Shown: piece after piece, positions 58,430 to 64,000 of the stretch
Position numbering within the stretch: the first letter of the stretch is position 1
How the letters are laid out: the number at the start of each line of letters is the position of its first letter
Assembly (NCBI GenBank): GCA_020891255.1
Contig: BQFW01000004.1
Location: 992,001-1,056,000, forward strand
Length of the DNA stretch: 64,000 nt
Reading direction: 5' to 3'
DNA from: Entomortierella parvispora E1425
Taxonomy: Eukaryota; Fungi; Mortierellomycota
The notes under the pieces: model-generated
Seen by the model: the letters and a program-made list of their open reading frames with translations, nothing else
Told to the model about the DNA's origin: nothing
The model's database searches: none
Position numbers and translations under genes: made by a program

Positions 58430-61400
58430 CTAAATCTGAATACAATGGCTGGCTGGGAACCAACCCGTGGTATCCTTTCCAACCTTCTTTCCGAAATACC
58501 ACCCGTCGTCATTCAATCCAAAGACGATGATACTCTCGCCTGCCTCAAAGCTCAGCTGTCGATCCTCCACAGATTGGTAAGGGTAAATGGCTGTGCACTC
58601 AAACAGCGCCTGTGCGATACCAATCTCGTCCATATCCATGCCATCATCCAATGCAGGCGGCTTCGTCTGTGTCTCTTCTTCGTTGTAATGCTGGCGCCCT
58701 CCATAGCCAGAGGAAGCATAGGATGCAGACGACAGGGGCCGGTCTGAGGAGGTCCCAAACACATTTCGACCTCCACTGCCATGGATGCCAAACTCATCCG
58801 AGAAAGACGATACTGATCCATTGTCGTGAAAGATAGACTCTGGCATTTCGAATGGATTCTCGTCCTCTCCAGGGTAGAATCGCGGTTGGATCGGGCTTTG
58901 GAGAAGAGGCGAACTACGTCTGGAAGAGTCCTCGTCATCATCTCCATCCAACAATGGTTTGGACCGGAAACCACCAAGAGAGTTGGACTTGCTGTGACGT
59001 GGAGCAGTGATCGACGAAGCGTTCGAAGAACTGCGGGCTCTTCCAAGACTGAAGGATTTGCTCCGTTGACGTCGTTGGGCCGTCTCGCGCATGCTTGCAA
59101 ATGATACCTCTAAAGAACGCCAAAAAATGTTATCAGCTGCCCGTCTTTTTTTTTTGTCAGACACCACAACACTTGGAATACTCGATTGAAGGACTCACCA
59201 TGATCGGCAACGACGTTTCTGATGAGTGAAATCCTGGACATACGATCGATTGGTCCATCGGGACGTTTCATCGCCTCAATGTATTCCTCGGTGATATTCA
59301 TATTAGCCAGATATTCCACCAGAGCTTGCTCTTTGTCTGTCGATGCCGATGCAGCCGCGCCATCCAAATGCTCGACATAGAAAGAATGCACCTTGGCCTT
59401 GACCTGAGCGTAATAAAACATTTGGACTTTGCTGAACTCCATGACAATGATGTCAAAGTACTGAGTCGTGAGCCCCAAGAACTTTGGAAGCTCGTCCACC
59501 AATTGTTCATTGATGGCGGTATAGGCATTAGCGGATTCCAGCATGTTCTTGTCCACCTAATGCACAAAACAAGGGATGGGTCAGTACCCCACCAACAACA
59601 TGGAAAGCAGAGCGTAATACAAGTGTCTTCCTTACCGTGTCTCCGCGCTCTTTCATACCACGCACACTGTCGTAGTCCAGAAGCTTTTTCTCGCGCTTTT
59701 TCATCACCTGAAGAGGACCCGAAAACAACTTGAGATATCGTTCAATACTCTTGTAAACGGTCTTTTTCAGCCTGCTCTCCAACTCGCGACCAATTGTCTT
59801 TGAAAACTGGGCGATGCTCTTGTGGTACTCTTGAACTAGAATAAAAGACTGATTCTCATCGTTTCGGTGGAGGGGTACCATTCCATAGATTTCCATCAGG
59901 GTCAAAGCAAAAGCCTCCTGAGTATCAAAGTATTCTAGTGGAATGACAAAAGAGACAAGTATAACGCTTGAGTATACGCCGCCATTGAGGAGCCCAACAA
60001 GTATCACCAGACATCTTACGTTTGACAGAGATCAACCAAGTTTGAATATACTTGGCAAATTCACGAACGAGACGCTGCTGCAAGTTGAATTTCTCCAAAA
60101 GAGCCTCAAAGAGAATATCCACTGTGACATCCGAACCACCCACTGCCTGTCGCAGTTGTTGTGTTGTCCTAGCAAACTTTTTGTTGAATCCATGGCTATC
60201 ATTGAAATGAAATGAGTTTGGATGATCAGAAAATATTCAAAACGAACCAGCCATTGTCAATGTTCTTCTTGAGCCTCAGAACACATACACAATCTAAATA
60301 AGACAAGGCGTAAAACATTAGTAAATATGTTAGAGTTGGGTTCGAAGGTTAGACCCTCCAGAAAAAATAATGATCAAGCACGTGTGGTCTTCATACATCA
60401 GAATCATTCTTTTTCTTGCTCCCGACAATTTTCTCCACGATGTCCTTGCGCTTCTTGATCTCGTTAATTTCCTCCGCAACCTGCAACATGTCTTTTTGTA
60501 CTGTCACCAGGTTTTCATAGTCAGTGTGGTCAGGAGGCGTGAGCGCATGAATTTGCTAATAAATACAAGCAAAGGTCGATCGTGATTAGAGAAGCAGTTA
60601 AAACACAAGAACCCTGATCTGCCTTCCAGTGCAAATCTCGCGTACATTAATCAAGAGCGGGTATTTCAAGACTCTCTGCACAGGCTTGATCAGCAAACTG
60701 GCCAAGTCCCAACCAGTCGTTTTGCCCTTGCATTTCTCTGTGCATGCATCAAAGAAGGCTTTCAGATCCTTCCGGTTGTCAAGGTCCTGAAGATGCTGTG
60801 CTGAAGCCTCCTGTCTTTTGCAATACTCAGAAAAGATACGTCGAATACGTGATATCTATAGGAAAATCAGAAGCCGCGTTAAACATCAACGTGATATTCG
60901 ATATTTGCTGTTATTTTCAAGGTCAAGTTTTGAAGCCGTATTACCATCTGGAGAAACACTTCTCCCACAAATGTTCCTGCATCGTCGTATGTTCCTTCAT
61001 CTTCAACGCCTCCGCATGCAGGGGTTAGCAGCGCGATAAGGTCCAGTGTCAGCGTAATAACGTCAGCCAAGTTCATGAAAATGATCTTTTCGTCAGCAGA
61101 GGTGAATAGACCGGACGCCTCCATGTCGGTAACATAAACCTATGAATGCAACAGTGAGGAACGTGTCAATAACCGTCAAAGAAAAATCATGACTTATACA
61201 CAGATGCCAAATTACCTCCTGCAAAAGAAGCATATCTTTGGAGTAGCTGATCTCGGTCTCCAACAATTCCTGAATGACTCTGCGCCTCTTATCCAATCGG
61301 TGCTTTCTTTCCTTCTCCTCAGGCGTATCCTCAGCCATGATTGATGCACTGTTGGATCGAGAGGGTAGTCTAGGAGGAGCTCCTGAAGGTGGCGGTGAGA

Positions 61401-62655
61401 TTGGTCGGGGGGCAGCTCGTTGAGGTGGCGGTGGAGCAATTTTGGCAGCAATGAGTGCACCCGTAGCAGCACCCACACTGACCGCAGCACCTGGGCGCCC
61501 AAAACTGCTGTTCAGTTGCTGGAAGGCTGGGTTTTGGTGAATCTTTGATGTTGACCTTGAAGGCATGGGCGGTGCTGCAGTCCGTGACGGTGCCTTGGAG
61601 GCGCTAGCCTCATCCTCATCACTGCCCATAAAAGGGTTTTTCTCCTCGTCCTCGTCGGGTGAAGCTGCTCTTGGTGGCGTTTTCGGTGGCGTGGGGGTCC
61701 TTGCTGCAATGTTGGGTTTGGTGACTGGTGGCTTCGGTGGTTGTCTAAACGAGCTAGATGATGCACGACTCATTGCTGGTGACGCCGATCCAGAAGCGGC
61801 CAGTGCTGGCGGCTGCGGCGTGGGAAAACGGTTGATGCTGCCAATGCCTCCCGCAGTTCTGGTAGCGTCCAGCGACATTCTTGGGATAGAAGGAGAAGGG
61901 GCTGGTGATGATGCTATTGAAGAAAAGGTGGGCTTTGGGCCATTGGCACCAAAGGTAGGCTTTGGTCGAGGCGTGTCCTAAGGGCATCAACAAGGACAGG
62001 TCAGCATGCATAATGACAGGGTCGATAACGGGCTTTTGACAGAGCATCTATCAACAAGTCTCACAGGTTTTGGAAGGGACACATTCGACACCGATGCCTG
62101 GGACTGGAAGCGCGCCCTGAGATTTCCAAAGTCTGGCTGGCTCTTGTCGATCCCCTCACCCGAAGCAGGTTCCTCAACCTTACGGGCTTCGTCTTCTCGC
62201 AACGGTGGCGCGGGAGAGGACAAAGAGCGTGGTCTGTTACTGTTGTTCAGGGACGGGACCCCCAACAAGGCGGAGGGACTAGCCTGCAACGACGTCCTCG
62301 TTCCAGCACTATTGTTACTGAAGTTATTGTGGATACTGCCTGTGCTCGTTCCCCCGCCGATCCTCGATCCTATAGCATTGTTGCCAGTGAAAAGCGGTCC
62401 TGCGTTCTGCTGTCGCTCAAATGCTCTCTTCAGGTCTCCAAAGGAGTTCGAAGTTGGTGCTCCGTTGTCGGTAACAGTAACACCCGATCGATAAGATGTG
62501 GAAGAGACGCTGCTACCTGCAGAGGCCCCGCCAGTGGGCGTGGTTGCAGCTGCTGCAGAAAGACCAGAGGGTTTGGGCCGAATAGGCGGCGGTGCTCGCT
62601 TCTCGGCGCCCCCGCTTTTACTCCTGGACAGATTCGCGGTGCCTGTGGGGTTCAT
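58430..62655 (-). CDS. RhoGEF (DH)-BAR-SH3 protein (Tuba/DNMBP or Gef3-like), multi-exon
   Basis: RRRVIQELLETEISYSKDML, KIIFMNLADV, WDLASLLIKPVQRVLKYPLL, INEIKKRKDIV (DH); KKREKKLLDYD, YTAINEQLVDELPKF (BAR); AIYPY...LSFEAGESI...DGWY...GWFPASH (SH3); Pro-rich N-terminus. Confidence 0.85.
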
Positions 62656-63134
62656 GGCGACGGCGGCTTTGACGGGGTGAAGGAATGTCAACGAGTGTGG
62701 ATGGAGGAAGACCTGCAATCGTCGGAAGAAGGAGGATGGAGTGGACGGATGGGAGAGAGACGACGCGTGCTGAATGGAAAGAGGAAGAGCAGAGGAGAGG
62801 AAGGAGGTCGAAGGGCGAAGGCGAAAGAAACGAAGGAAGGGGTGTGGTGTGTGGGAGGTGGGAGACACGACACTGCGGCTGTTCGTTGTTGGCGAATTTT
62901 CACTAATAATCTTGATTAGTTCATTCCGGTATTTATTTTTATTCGAGATCGGGTTTCTGTGGAGGCTAAATTGGCTTCTGCGCGCCGGACCATCTGTGTA
63001 CATGTACATGTAATGACGCAAGGTCTAGGTTCGGTTTATTGTAATAGAGAGGTGTGGGTGGGGGTAGGTGCAAGTGAAGATTCTCGCATATATCATAAAA
63101 ACAGGGACAGACAATTGAATAGTACAGCAGAGAT

Positions 63135-64000
<866 letters not shown>

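Overview
Intron-rich fungal genomic DNA; gene content and intron style suggest a Mortierellaceae/Mucoromycota-type fungus (inference). Housekeeping genes in order: Dicer-like (partial), kelch membrane protein, two tandem small GPI-type proteins, TOR, Gpr1/Fun34/YaaH transporter, acyl-CoA thioesterase, FAH-family hydrolase, Moco sulfurase, Sec9, Uba4/MOCS3, RPL43, ERI1-like exonuclease, RPC82, UROD, CTK3, RhoGEF-BAR-SH3, NDUFS7 (partial). An accessory stretch at about 4.5-22 kb holds two DNA transposons. One is a 2.5-kb PIF/Harbinger element. The other, the most striking feature, is an 8658-bp Mutator-like element with perfect 140-bp TIRs and a 9-bp TSD. Its 8-exon transposase gene (all seven introns phase 2) encodes a GCM-type DNA-binding domain, a DDE core, a USP-like Cys-His-Asp protease split by a +1 frameshift and a PARP-like Zn finger. 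The element also carries a Myb/SANT-like gene resembling Harbinger ORF2. Separately, the TOR FRB domain is altered at most rapamycin-contact residues. All domain calls are by-eye motif recognition; no database searches were run, and exon boundaries were inferred manually.
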